Shown: positions 63,569 through 64,000 of the stretch, piece after piece
Layout: the number at the start of each line of letters is the position of its first letter
Numbering within the stretch: the stretch's first letter is position 1
Position numbers and translations under genes: made by a program
Notes under the pieces: model-generated
What the model was told of the DNA's origin: nothing
The model's database searches: none
What the model saw: only the letters and a program-made list of their open reading frames with translations
DNA from: Thecamonas trahens ATCC 50062
Taxonomy: Eukaryota > Protista > Apusomonadida
Reading direction: 5' to 3'
Length of the DNA: 64,000 nt
NCBI RefSeq assembly: GCF_000142905.1
Contig: NW_013657660.1
Location: forward strand, 461,315 to 525,314

Positions 63569-64000
63569 GCCGAGGACGATGGGTATGGGTGACAGCGATA
63601 TTGGTACTGGTGATAGTGAACGGCGAGTGATGACCTTGGGTGTGGTCGCGGGTTGTGTAGCTGGTGGTGGGTGGGAGCTAGGTGGTGATGAGGGTCGGCT
63701 GTTCGGGCGAGCGGGCGGCGGCTGGCGGCTGGTGGTCGGCAAGGCAGGCGCAGCTGAGGGGGCTGGGTCGGGGCTGGATGGCTCGAGATTGCTGTTGGTT
63801 GGTGAATAGGCAGTCTGCCATGGGATGGTTAAGGGATGACGGTGTCGGAGTCGGGGAAGAGGATGGGGGTGAGCTGGAGCGGGGAGAGGAGGAGGATGAG
63901 GAGGAAGAGGAAGCCGAGTACGCGATGGGATGGTGGAGGGTATGGCCAAGGCAGGGTGGTGGTTGTTGTTGCTAGGATGATAGTGATGGTGGTGGGATAG

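Noticed and set aside
1-64000. tRNA, rRNA, snRNA genes and transposase/reverse-transcriptase ORFs
   Set aside because: No cloverleaf/T-loop, rRNA or DDE/RT motifs recognised by eye; tRNAscan-SE and Infernal would be needed to exclude them formally.

Overview
Gene-dense, GC-rich, intron-poor nuclear DNA from a flagellated eukaryote. The style resembles an apusomonad such as Thecamonas, which is inference from composition and gene content only. It is a draft assembly with five N-gaps. Bases 1-55,100 hold about 23 mostly single-exon genes, with short GT-AG introns near 5' ends: PUF6/PUM3, a C2H2 zinc-finger protein with a His-rich tail, SMC3, a Na+/H+ exchanger, a secreted SnoaL-like protein, CFAP100, a class-V PLP enzyme, an SLF2/FAM178-like protein, NR2C2AP, a Cdc123-like ATP-grasp protein, an F-BAR-PH-PH protein, a GT4 glycosyltransferase, mitochondrial AspRS, a Kelch protein, a Furry-like protein, WDR34, a Costars-like protein, PAF1, SENP/Ulp1, CUL2 and three orphans. 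Bases 55,200-64,000 look accessory: a decayed ORF set, a multipass membrane protein with a homogenised 93-bp ankyrin array, and a bacterial-looking beta-helix/Gly-rich ORF. Best leads: (i) a candidate metal-sensing transcription factor; (ii) seven convergent gene pairs with stops only 15-75 bp apart, each with a TAAA core (candidate poly(A) signal); (iii) a candidate SLF2/Nse6 homologue flanked by two orphans with internally duplicated domains; (iv) a Kelch protein with a C-terminal F-box-like motif; (v) four apparent -1 frame breaks, most likely sequencing errors. No rRNA, tRNA, CRISPR array or recognisable transposon was found. All family calls come from motif recognition, not database searches.
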